From the NCBI GenBank assembly GCA_034780895.1, contig JAUZTB010000065.1, positions 25,590,085 through 25,654,084 of the forward strand: a DNA stretch of 64,000 nt. The letters are read 5' to 3'. Below the pieces are notes generated by a model that was given only the letters and a program-made list of their open reading frames with translations, did no database searches and was not told the origin of the DNA. Positions 53,117-64,000 of this stretch are shown here, one piece after another (positions within the stretch are counted from its first letter, which is position 1; every line of letters starts with the position of its first letter). The translations under genes and the position numbers were made by a program. This DNA is from Rhynchobatus australiae. Taxonomy: Eukaryota.

Positions 53117-56100
53117 NNNNNNNNNNNNNNNNNNNNNNNNNNNNNNNNNNNNNNNNNNNNNNNNNNNNNNNNNNNNNNNNNNNNNNNNNNNNNNNNNNNN
53201 NNNNNNNNNNNNNNNNNNNNNNNNNNNNNNNNNNNNNNNNNNNNNNNNNNNNNNNNNNNNNNNNNNNNNNNNNNNNNNNNNNNNNNNNNNNNNNNNNNNN
53301 NNNNNNNNNNNNNNNNNNNNNNNNNNNNNNNNNNNNNNNNNNNNNNNNNNNNNNNNNNNNNNNNNNNNNNNNNNNNNNNNNNNNNNNNNNNNNNNNNNNN
53401 NNNNNNNNNNNNNNNNNNNNNNNNNNNNNNNNNNNNNNNNNNNNNNNNNNNNNNNNNNNNNNNNNNNNNNNNNNNNNNNNNNNNNNNNNNNNNNNNNNNN
53501 NNNNNNNNNNNNNNNNNNNNNNNNNNNNNNNNNNNNNNNNNNNNNNNNNNNNNNNNNNNNNNNNNNNNNNNNNNNNNNNNNNNNNNNNNNNNNNNNNNNN
53601 NNNNNNNNNNNNNNNNNNNNNNNNNNNNNNNNNNNNNNNNNNNNNNNNNNNNNNNNNNNNNNNNNNNNNNNNNNNNNNNNNNNNNNNNNNNNNNNNNNNN
53701 NNNNNNNNNNNNNNNNNNNNNNNNNNNNNNNNNNNNNNNNNNNNNNNNNNNNNNNNNNNNNNNNNNNNNNNNNNNNNNNNNNNNNNNNNNNNNNNNNNNN
53801 NNNNNNNNNNNNNNNNNNNNNNNNNNNNNNNNNNNNNNNNNNNNNNNNNNNNNNNNNNNNNNNNNNNNNNNNNNNNNNNNNNNNNNNNNNNNNNNNNNNN
53901 NNNNNNNNNNNNNNNNNNNNNNNNNNNNNNNNNNNNNNNNNNNNNNNNNNNNNNNNNNNNNNNNNNNNNNNNNNNNNNNNNNNNNNNNNNNNNNNNNNNN
54001 NNNNNAAGATACAGGCCAATCCTATCATATCACTTGTCAATGAACATTTCTGATGTTCAGATTTTGTAAGTTTATGCCCCATTTAACAGAAAAGGCAAAT
54101 TCTCATGAGAATTGAGTGTGTAAAAACAATACTTTCAGTTAAAGAACTGTTCAATAGCAAGCCTATTAGTGGAGAAAAATGAACTGAATCAACCATGCAT
54201 ACCAGGCCTTTATTTCCTGAGAGGAAGACTTGCACTTGTCAGGACAAGGTGTACCTTCTGTAGAATCACAGAAAGCACCAAGCAAAGATGTACGCAACTG
54301 GAAAATGAATCTCTGGGCAAAACAAATGCATGTGAACAATTCAGTGAGCAATGAATTGGAAAGATATGCCACGTAAGTCATTTATATCAGTACTTGACAT
54401 TAAGTAGATGACTTGCAAACACTGATGTAAAGCTTCAGTTCACCTGTTTTGAGGTGCTTGTGTAGAATTTGTCCTGCACCTGAAAGCGATCTGATGATAA
54501 GTGCTCCATTGCAAGCTCTGGTGGTTGCCCAAGTTGAAACCAATGACATAAAGAGAAAGAGCAATGATGTCAGAATTTAAGGAACCAGGGAGGGAGTTAA
54601 AATCAAATGCAGAAATATTCAATTATTGCCTGTGCTATGAGAATTAAAAAAAAATAGCAGGAGTTGAAGAAAGGANNNNNNNNNNNNNNNNNNNNNNNNN
54701 NNNNNNNNNNNNNNNNNNNNNNNNNNNNNNNNNNNNNNNNNNNNNNNNNNNNNNNNNNNNNNNNNNNNNNNNNNNNNNNNNNNNNNNNNNNNNNNNNNNN
54801 NNNNNNNNNNNNNNNNNNNNNNNNNNNNNNNNNNNNNNNNNNNNNNNNNNNNNNNNNNNNNNNNNNNNNNNNNNNNNNNNNNNNNNNNNNNNNNNNNNNN
54901 NNNNNNNNNNNNNNNNNNNNNNNNNNNNNNNNNNNNNNNNNNNNNNNNNNNNNNNNNNNNNNNNNNNNNNNNNNNNNNNNNNNNNNNNNNNNNNNNNNNN
55001 NNNNNNNNNNNNNNNNNNNNNNNNNNNNNNNNNNNNNNNNNNNNNNNNNNNNNNNNNNNNNNNNNNNNNNNNNNNNNNNNNNNNNNNNNNNNNNNNNNNN
55101 NNNNNNNNNNNNNNNNNNNNNNNNNNNNNNNNNNNNNNNNNNNNNNNNNNNNNNNNNNNNNNNNNNNNNNNNNNNNNNNNNNNNNNNNNNNNNNNNNNNN
55201 NNNNNNNNNNNNNNNNNNNNNNNNNNNNNNNNNNNNNNNNNNNNNNNNNNNNNNNNNNNNNNNNNNNNNNNNNNNNNNNNNNNNNNNNNNNNNNNNNNNN
55301 NNNNNNNNNNNNNNNNNNNNNNNNNNNNNNNNNNNNNNNNNNNNNNNNNNNNNNNNNNNNNNNNNNNNNNNNNNNNNNNNNNNNNNNNNNNNNNNNNNNN
55401 NNNNNNNNNNNNNNNNNNNNNNNNNNNNNNNNNNNNNNNNNNNNNNNNNNNNNNNNNNNNNNNNNNNNNNNNNNNNNNNNNNNNNNNNNNNNNNNNNNNN
55501 NNNNNNNNNNNNNNNNNNNNNNNNNNNNNNNNNNNNNNNNNNNNNNNNNNNNAACTTGAAGAGGTACTTGATCCAGTACTTTGGTAGAGGAAGCTATAAT
55601 GGAGGAAACAAGTAAATACTTGAAGGAGAAAAACAAAAGTATACAACTGTGCTGTTGAATTGGACCAGTATTTATTTACTTTGATGTACACTTTCAAAAT
55701 TACTCTATGCATCAATCTCTACTATAGCAAATTGCACGTAGCTTCTGTAGAGATAACATGTGTGCTAACATGGTTCTGGGGGAAATGGTCTTGAACTTGT
55801 ACTTTGTATGTTCGGGTCAATTGTTTATTTAAATAAACTTGAACAAGTATTTGAANNNNNNNNNNTCTAGAGGGCACTATGCAGTTTCTACTTGCCAGTT
55901 AACATTATTTATATGGAAGGTAATTAATAATGTATTTTTGAACAAGGAAGCATCAATAGTTATGAGATATTTTTAAATAAATGATTAAAGCAGAAATACC
56001 AAGAAGTGCAGTTACACACCCAGTTTCACTTATATTAGGTCTGTTCTGATCTTACGACATTTACATTTTGGAGAATAAGTTTATATCAAAACACTACTGA

Positions 56101-57145
56101 TGTAAATGCAGGAAATTTGCATGAGCTGGGCCTTTGTGTGGGAAGACAGGGGTACATAAATGGATGCTGCAAGTTTCAAAGGATGTCCTTCAGAAGTGTT
56201 GCATGCACTCACAGAAATTAGTATAGAGGAATGTTTGGGCATAAACATAGTATAAACAGTTACATGCAAAGGTCCTTGGGATAAAAAGAGCACAACTCTG
56301 CTCTGGACATCTTTCACTGAAACATCCCCATGAATTCATCCCGACTTCTTAACAAATTATATTCTGACTTAAAATACTATTGGCCAAATGAAAATCAGCT
56401 ATACATCAGACTTAAACCATACTAATCTTTAAAAAATATGGATTGCCAAGGTAAGCAATATTAATTTGTATGAGTCCTTATTTCGTGATTTCTGCATTGA
56501 AATGAGTTTTGACAATTGAATAGTATTTATTGTGCGGTAAGACACTAGAAAAACACAGAATGTGTTCAATATGCCGTATGGAGCCTGCCTTAAATAAATA
56601 AGATATATGAAACTGTCTGACAGGTTCAGCAGAAGGGACAAATCTGATCAAGTCTGTGATATCATCTGCTATCTGCCTGAGCAACCACAGCAAGATTGGT
56701 CTAATCGACTTATTCAACTGTAAAGGTAGCGCTTATCTCTGCATTGTTGCTTCCTTGCCTTTTACTGAGATAGAACATCAGGAAATTTCAGNNNNNNNNN
56801 NNNNNNNNNNNNNNNNNNNNNNNNNNNNNNNNNNNNNNNNNNNNNNNNNNNNNNNNNNNNNNNNNNNNNNNNNNNNNNNNNNNNNNNNNNNNNNNNNNNN
56901 NNNNNNNNNNNNNNNNNNNNNNNNNNNNNNNNNNNNNNNNNNNNNNNNNNNNNNNNNNNNNNNNNNNNNNNNNNNNNNNNNNNNNNNNNNNNNNNNNNNN
57001 NNNNNNNNNNNNNNNNNNNNNNNNNNNNNNNNNNNNNNNNNNNNNNNNNNNNNNNNNNNNNNNNNNNNNNNCCACTTAGCTGCGCCACTGTGCTGTCCAA
57101 AGTTGATTCCATCCACTTCTCATAGAGTTATAAGTCAAAGATAAG

Positions 57146-57493
57146 AGCCATTGACCATATAGCATGGAAACAGGCCATTCATCCCACTGAGTCTGTTCCA
57201 ACCATCAAGCACTTATTTCAGACTAATCCTGCACTTGTCTTATTTTAACCTCTCCACATTCCCATCAACTCCCCAGATTCCACCACTCGCCTACACACTA
57301 GGACCAATTTAAAGTGGCTGATTAAATGATTAGTCTGCACGCCTTTGGGATGTGGGATGAAACCAGAGCTCCAGAAGAAGCCCACACAGTTTGCACAGTG
57401 TGCAAACTCCACAGAGACAGCAGCAGAGGTCAGGATTGAACCGAGGTTGCTGGAGCTGTGAGACAACAGATCTACTAGCTGTACTACTGTGCT
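57146..57493 (-). mobile_element. V-SINE (HE1-like)
   Basis: ctttgggatgtgggatgaaaccagagc, tgcaaactccacagagacagc and gaggtcaggattgaacc. Confidence 0.82.
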
Positions 57494-57786
57494 GACTGAT
57501 CATATCTAATTGCATTGGATATAGATCCTTGAATGCTACCCCTCTGATTTATAATGATCTCCTGCAAAAGTATAAAAATTTCTCTCTGGTATAGCCTCTA
57601 CTATGATGGGAGTAATTTTTATTAGGAAGAAATCAACAATTGTGCGCTGTAGATTTCTGAGAATGTTACTGATTTTGCACCTCAAAGTATAGCCCCAAAA
57701 GCAAATATTTCTCTCCATGTGCTGAAAGAATGACAAAATTCAATAAAATTTAAAGAACACATTATCATCTGAAAAATCATAATGGG

Positions 57787-58450
57787 AGACAGAAGAAACT
57801 GCAGATGCTGGAATCTGGAGCAACAAGCAAAATGCTGGATGAACTCTGTGGGTCAGGCAGCATCTGTGGAGGGAAATGGACAGTCGACGTTTCAGGTTGA
57901 GACCCTTGATGTGGAGTGAAAGATAGAGGGGAGATAGAATAAAGAGGTGAGGCAAAGGGGAGGAGCAGGAGCTGGTAGGTGATAGGTGGATCCAGGAGAA
58001 GAGTGGTAATTGATAGATGGAGGAGGGAAGAGTGGAAATTGCGACAGAGGCTGGGAGGTGATAGGTGGAGGCAACTAAGGGCTGCAGGTGGTGGAATCTG
58101 ATAGGAAAGGAAGGTGCAGCATGAAACCAAATAAGGGAGGAGGGGTGGGCAGATGGGGACAGTAAGGGAAGGGGACAGTGCAAGGAGTGTGTGATTGATG
58201 GGCAGATGGAGTGGGTTAAGGCGGGGAAAGAAAGAGAAAGAAACAGGGTGATGGGGGCTGGGTGTGTATGGGAGGGACTGGGCAAATCAGGAGGAGAGAG
58301 AAAAAGGACAGAGAGGGTTCCCTGCAATTGGAGAATTCAGTATTCGTGCCATTGGGTTGTAGGCCACCCAGGCGGAATATGAAGTGCTGTTCCTCTAGTT
58401 TGCATCCAGCCTCACTCTGGCCATGGAGGAGGCCAAGGACAGACAAGTTG
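57787..58450 (-). mobile_element. Penelope-like element 3' end: GIY-YIG endonuclease C-terminus plus terminal repeat
   Basis: SVLGLLHGQSEAGCKLEEQHFIFRLGGLQPNGTNTEFSN fits the PLE E..(W/H)I..L.(T/S)L.P.G.N terminus. It is followed by a pyrimidine-rich 3' region and the ccagattccagcatctgcag end. Confidence 0.8.
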
Positions 58451-58761
58451 GAGTCGGGGTGGGGGAGTAGATGGGAGATCTTCCAGCAATATCTGCCTGG
58501 ATCAATGAACAGTTAAGCCCGTAACAGGGTTATTCCTGAGTGAAAACTGCAGCACAGCAGGGTAGCAGCCCAAGGACATCTACAGAGCTGCAATTAATAG
58601 GCATTATGCCAGCCTCCATAGATTTCCCAGGTCTCTCAGTTACAGAGGTCCCATTAAAATGAATGGGAGAAAGGTAAATAGAGCTTCTTAATTTATTTAA
58701 TTGAATTTAGCTTAAATGTTGTTAAGTTTGTGTATGCTCATGTGTGTCCTTTAAAATTTAT

Positions 58762-58804
58762 AATATATATATAATATATACACACACACACACACACACA
58801 CATA
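58762..58804. repeat. Compound (TA)n(CA)n microsatellite
   Basis: atatatatataatatatacacacacacacacacacacacata. Confidence 0.9.
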
Positions 58805-59040
58805 CAGTATATTAATATGTTACTTTTTAATTGGTCCTGAGTGGTTTTGAAAGTTTGTGAATAAACCATTCAACAACAGTGACAGTGATGGCAGCCAGTG
58901 AGATTGAGGTGTGGGCATTATCAGCTTTGAAAGACTTTGTGCCAGTGCAGAAGGTCTGTTATGCAGGGAGATGCCATGAATTGCTCTGCACTGCTCTGGC
59001 CTTTGTTGATGTACAGGAAGCCAGGCTCCCAGCAGAAGAA

Positions 59041-59276
59041 ACAAAGAATCTGCTGGAGAAAGTCAGTGGGTCAAGCAGCAACTTTCGACGTTCTGGGTCA
59101 AGACCCTNNNNNNNNNNNNNNNNNNNNNNNNNNNNNNNNNNNNNNNNNNNNNNNNNNNNNNNNNNNNNNNNNNNNNNNNNNNNNNNNNNNNNNNNNNNNN
59201 NNNNNNNAGCAGGACTGAGTTCTTTCAGCAGGTTGTTTGTTGCTCCAAATTCCAGCATCTGCAGTCTCTTGTGTCT
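59041..59276. mobile_element. Palindromic PLE-derived insertion with target-site-like duplication
   Basis: Inverted terminal-repeat halves flanked by the direct repeat ctcccagcagaagaa at 59026-59040 and 59275-59289. Confidence 0.8.
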
Positions 59277-59539
59277 CCCAGCAGAAGAATGCGCCTGGAC
59301 CACTCTGGAAGAGGCAGCATAGTCAAGGAGCAGCGATTTCAGGGTCACAGCAGATCTGTCCATTTGTTTGCGTAAAGGCAAATTGGATTTTTCTTTAATC
59401 AATGCAAGCTTAATGAGTGAGTTGTTTCTACTTACTGCTCTGTATGCCGATGTTTACTTAAGTCAATAACCAATAAGATAAATAACTTAATTATACATGC
59501 AGAACATTCTATAATTTAAGAAAAAATCCCAATTACTCT

Positions 59540-59730
59540 AAAATTAAAATATTGCAAATGCCACAAGTATGAAATAATGAAGAAAAAAATAGAAAATGCT
59601 GTAATTACTCAGTAGGTCAAACATGATGTGTGGAGAGGGTAGCACCTTTAAGGTTTCAGGTCGATGTTCTGATGGATGGTCATTGACCTGAAATGTTAAG
59701 TCTATTTCTCTCTCCACAGATGTTGTCCAA
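59540..59730. repeat. Palindromic PLE-derived repeat, old
   Basis: aaaatgctgtaattactcagtaggtca..tgtggagag ... tctctctccacagatg. Confidence 0.6.
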
Positions 59731-60814
59731 TTAATGTGGTTTCTAGAGACCAGTGCACTTTTGTTTAATTATTTTGCTTTAATTCAGTCTTAGTTTCACA
59801 TTCAACATCTATTTCCTGACAGGTTTAAGAAGATTTATGTCTGTAATATTCCTTGACTAGAAGGACAACTCAAATTCAAGGTGACATTTCAAGGTTAAAA
59901 AAAAGTTTCTGGCTTCAGCCAAGCAAATAAAAATTAAATGAGGAGCCCACCAATGGATGAATCAATAGAACATCTAAATGTTGCTTAATGGAACTGATGA
60001 GACCTTTGCTTTCTTGCAATTAATATGGGTTCCCTGCTGCAGCATATGAATAATATGTGACTGGTAACCTCCAGGTTGGGAATCAAGTGTTTGAACTACT
60101 GGCCTTCATAATCAAAAGAAGAATTGTGAAACTCTTAGCTTACTGCTTATCTTTTATGTTCTTAACTGGTAAATCAAGAAGGATTTTTAAATGATAAGCT
60201 GCACTGTCAGTTCACACTCACATTACCTCTAAGAAATGAATACATAGCGCATTAGGCAAGAGAGCTGATAAATCTCAGTAGCCTTCAAAGAACAAAACAT
60301 TGGCGGATGGTGCCAAATGAGGCAGCTCCATTCATTTGCATACATTCAATGGCTGTTCTGGTGCAGTTTTAGTCAAAGCTGAACTGTCCCTTTATTCTCA
60401 TTACTTGGTTAAAGTCATTTTTAAATAGTGAACATCAACAGTGTAAAATTAAGCTTTATTTGATTTTACACAAATAAGAAACACTGAGTGCTTATTTCAC
60501 AATTAAGGAATATAAGTGGAATAATCAATCTGGAACCTTTCCCAGAATAAAGCTGGGTGGAGGTGTGATGGATGTGGAGAAGGGGGAAGGGCAGAAGGGG
60601 CTGCAATTTGATCTTCAGATTAGTGCTATGATACAGTTGTACAGACACTGTAAAGTCTTTGATAAAACAGAATCCTAGGTTTGGAAGCAATTATGTGAGA
60701 ATCAGTTCAATACTTGTGTCTGTTTTAATAAGAAGGGGAAAATTAACTGACCACTGGAAAAACAGTCACCCAGCAATGTACTTTAGCTGTACATATTTTA
60801 TCGGTAAAGGAAAA

Positions 60815-61005
60815 TCAAAAAAAATGCAGTCGCCAGAAATCTGAAACAAGAACAGAAAATGCGGAAACACTCAGCAGGTCAGGAAGCAGTGGTGGAAGGA
60901 AGGTTCTGATGAAGTCTCCCAGAATCCTGGAATGTTAACTGTTTCTCCTTGCACAGATGCCACCTGACCTGCTGAGCATTTCCAGCATTTCCTCTCTTTA
61001 TTTCA
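60815..61005. repeat. Palindromic PLE-derived repeat, old
   Basis: acagaaaatgcggaaacactcagcaggtcagg ... cctgacctgctgagcatttccagcatttc. Confidence 0.7.
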
Positions 61006-64000
61006 TACTTTATTGGTATTTGTTTTGATTTTCTAGCTCCATAATTATGTGTTAGTTCAGCTGCTAAGGATGAACAAAATAAGTAAACATTTTAAAGTGT
61101 ACCTATAGCACCAAGATTTAAGCCCAGGTTTTAACCCAGTCCATCCGGAGNNNNNNNNNNTTGTTAGGTCTTCCTTTAAAATGGCAACTTGGGTTTTCAA
61201 ATCCTGTTTCAAGCACATTGCCAGTTTACCAATCTCAAGATAGAGTTAAATGATCCATCCACCTCAGCTCGGCAGGAACCTGTCATTCCAAATAAAAATC
61301 AGGAGTAATGTGAAATGGACTAACAATTTCATTTCACTCACTTTCCCTATCACACAAAATTAACAGGTACCCTACTAATGCAAAATCACTGAACGGAAGT
61401 TCAACCTCAAATAGTAGAGTGGCATTTGGGCATTTTATTGTGCCCCTGAAATTCATTCTATTGACTTCAATGGAATAAATTTTGGGGGCATAATAGAATG
61501 TGCTGATGTGAGTGTGGAGCACATTTAGTGAAACAGGATGAGTTTCTCTGTGTTCATATTTTATTTCATGTTAAATTTTATACGAGCCTGTAAACATTTT
61601 TTGTGTAATATCAGTTTTCTATTCTTCCATCTAAAAATAAACATTTGCCTGAAAGCAAAGCATTGTGAAGTCAGGCAGAAAATGAAAAAGTCTTCTTGCT
61701 AATAATCTGAGCTCCATGAAACTCTAGGGCCTGTGGGCTTTGGCACTGAAATCAGAATTAGTGATTGTTGTTGAATTAACATAAGTCTCGGTGGAGGAGA
61801 TGATACGAGGCCTTATTATTTATAATTAAAACAAGTTCTCATTCAATGTAGAATGCAGCTGGAATGGTTATAAACAGGAACAAGAAATTATGCTCAACAG
61901 CATTTGGATTAAACTGGTTCAAGTGGTTGAGTTCATTTGAACTGAGCTGCAGCTTTAACCAAACAAGGGAAAGATGTCAGTTGAAAGCAAAAGGCGCAAT
62001 GTGACTGCTAAGATAAGAATTCATAAAGCGAGGCAGTCTTCTGCATTTTGTGGAAGTTGAGGTGTGAATTTTTGGCCCATATTCTTGGGTCTTATCAGGC
62101 TCAGCCAAGGTTGTTTGGATTGGCAGCTGACTGGTTCCACCAACTATTACATAACCAGCAAATGCTTGGAGCAGTTAACTCAATTGTGCCTGATAGGAAC
62201 CATAACGACCAATGAGTGATCCAGAAATNNNNNNNNNNNNNNNNNNNNNNNNNNNNNNNNNNNNNNNNNNNNNNNNNNNNNNNNNNNNNNNNNNNNNNNN
62301 NNNNNNNNNNNNNNNNNNNNNNNNNNNNNNNNNNNNNNNNNNNNNNNNNNNNNNNNNNNNNNNNNNNNNNNNNNNNNNNNNNNNNNNNNNNNNNNNNNNN
62401 NNNNNNNNNNNNNNNNNNNNNNNNNNNNNNNNNNNNNNNNNNNNNNNNNNNNNNNNNNNNNNNNNNNNNNNNNNNNNNNNNNNNNNNNNNNNNNNNNNNN
62501 NNNNNNNNNNNNNNNNNNNNNNNNNNNNNNNNNNNNNNNNNNNNNNNNNNNNNNNNNNNNNNNNNNNNNNNNNNNNNNNNNNNNNNNNNNNNNNNNNNNN
62601 NNNNNNNNNNNNNNNNNNNNNNNNNNNNNNNNNNNNNNNNNNNNNNNNNNNNNNNNNNNNNNNNNNNNNNNNNNNNNNNNNNNNNNNNNNNNNNNNNNNN
62701 NNNNNNNNNNNNNNNNNNNNNNNNNNNNNNNNNNNNNNAGAAATAGTGCAGTAATATCTGTTCTTCCACCTGAGGCCCAGTTGCAATTCATGGTCCACTC
62801 TACATTATGGGACAGCCACAAATAGGAAGGATTTATTCTGAATCTGTAAGGGGATAATGGGATAAAATGTTTGACCTTTGTTGTAGGTGCTAATTGAATA
62901 ATATAATAATGAAACCAGTCGTCCTTAGTTCTGCCTATGCTTTGCATTGGTACTCCCTCTCCCCCCAGGAAATGCTGTGCAATAGCCAGCCAGCGTTTCT
63001 CTGTGAATCCACTCCTAGTTGTTACTATGATCTGAATCATTCCATGCACTCTGAACGCCACTTCTGAAATCTGGTTCCACTGACTTTCCTATTACTCATT
63101 TGAAATTGTAGAAATTAGTTCCTGCTGTTTTCTAAAAGTGACAAGAATATTATTGCAAAGACTCCATTTCAGGGAATAAGGGAGTGTGGAGGAGGATTCT
63201 ATTTAACTTGACAGTCTCATTGTTTAACCCCTGGAAAGTGCAAGGGAATATGGGCAAAACATGTGATCCCAGGGACCTCAAGATAAAATAAGAAATAGTC
63301 CAGTCATCTCCTTTACTTACCTTTGTTGTATGTTACCGTCATCAACACACTAGGTGAAGCTTAACTCTAACTGCCATGTAGGCAAAGTTATAAGAACAAG
63401 ATAGAGCCTGGTTACACTGACTGGTAGCTCTGTTAAATTGTTCAAAACCTTGTCATTGACTACAAAGTTCACATTGGCAATGCAATAAGATACTCATCGT
63501 ATACATGTATGGGTACGGCTGAAACAATGTTGAACAAAGTTGACACTGTCTAGAATAGAAGAGTTGCTTTAATAGACACTTGTGCTGCTGAACTCATAAT
63601 CAATCCCCTCCAAATCTGCAAGTTTTTAGCAGCAATAGATAAAATCATTTGGGTGCAGTACAGCAAACAAGCATCCTTTCTTTGATGACACTTTTCAGCA
63701 GTGTCCTCTACACTTGAACAAGATGAGCAAGACCATGGGAATATCATCACCTCTAAGTTCCAAAATACTGAAAGATGCAGTGAAATGCCATCATAGGAAG
63801 GATCATTCACACAAAGAAACCAATAATTATAGACTCAGCTCAACTCTGTTGTCAACTGATCTAGTGTCATCCAAGAGCAAATTTAAAACAAAACTTTATC
63901 ATGTGAATGAGGCAAAATTGAAGCTCATCGTTTTAACATTATCCCTTTTTAAAGGACTTGCCCTGAACTATTTCACTAAAAGAATGGGTTCATTTTGTTT

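Noticed and set aside
5350-63061. Many long ORFs (150-370 aa) in the ORF track
   Set aside because: They are open only because they run through N gaps; the real residues are short and either repeat-derived or unrecognisable.
63321-63349. 29-nt minus-strand micro-exon candidate with AG|GTAAGT donor
   Set aside because: Good donor but weak acceptor and no recognisable peptide.
1-64000. CRISPR arrays, rRNA, true tRNA genes, operons
   Set aside because: None seen; the sequence is vertebrate, and tRNA-like B boxes occur only as SINE heads.

Overview
Gappy draft-assembly sequence from a vertebrate, almost certainly a cartilaginous fish (shark or ray). The repeat complement points that way: V-domain HE1-like SINEs, a SacSINE1-like Deu-SINE, CR1, L2, Rex1/Babar LINEs and very abundant Penelope-like (PLE) terminal repeats. 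I found no host protein-coding exon I can support, so the window reads as intergenic or deep intronic DNA; the long ORFs in the track are mostly artefacts of N-runs. The main observation is at the left edge (about 1-1410, minus strand). It is a frameshifted fossil whose motifs are collinear with the SF3 helicase, and more weakly the origin-binding domain, of polyomavirus large T antigen or the LT-like adomavirus replicase, i.e. a candidate endogenous viral element. Smaller observations are a tail-to-tail L2 pair forming a pre-miRNA-sized hairpin, two apparent inverted templated insertions copied from nearby DNA, decayed hammerhead-ribozyme cores in the PLE repeats, a 94-bp TGTCAT...ATGACA element in two copies, and a Tigger-like MITE. 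All homology calls are by eye against remembered consensus sequences, with no database search, and repeat boundaries are approximate.
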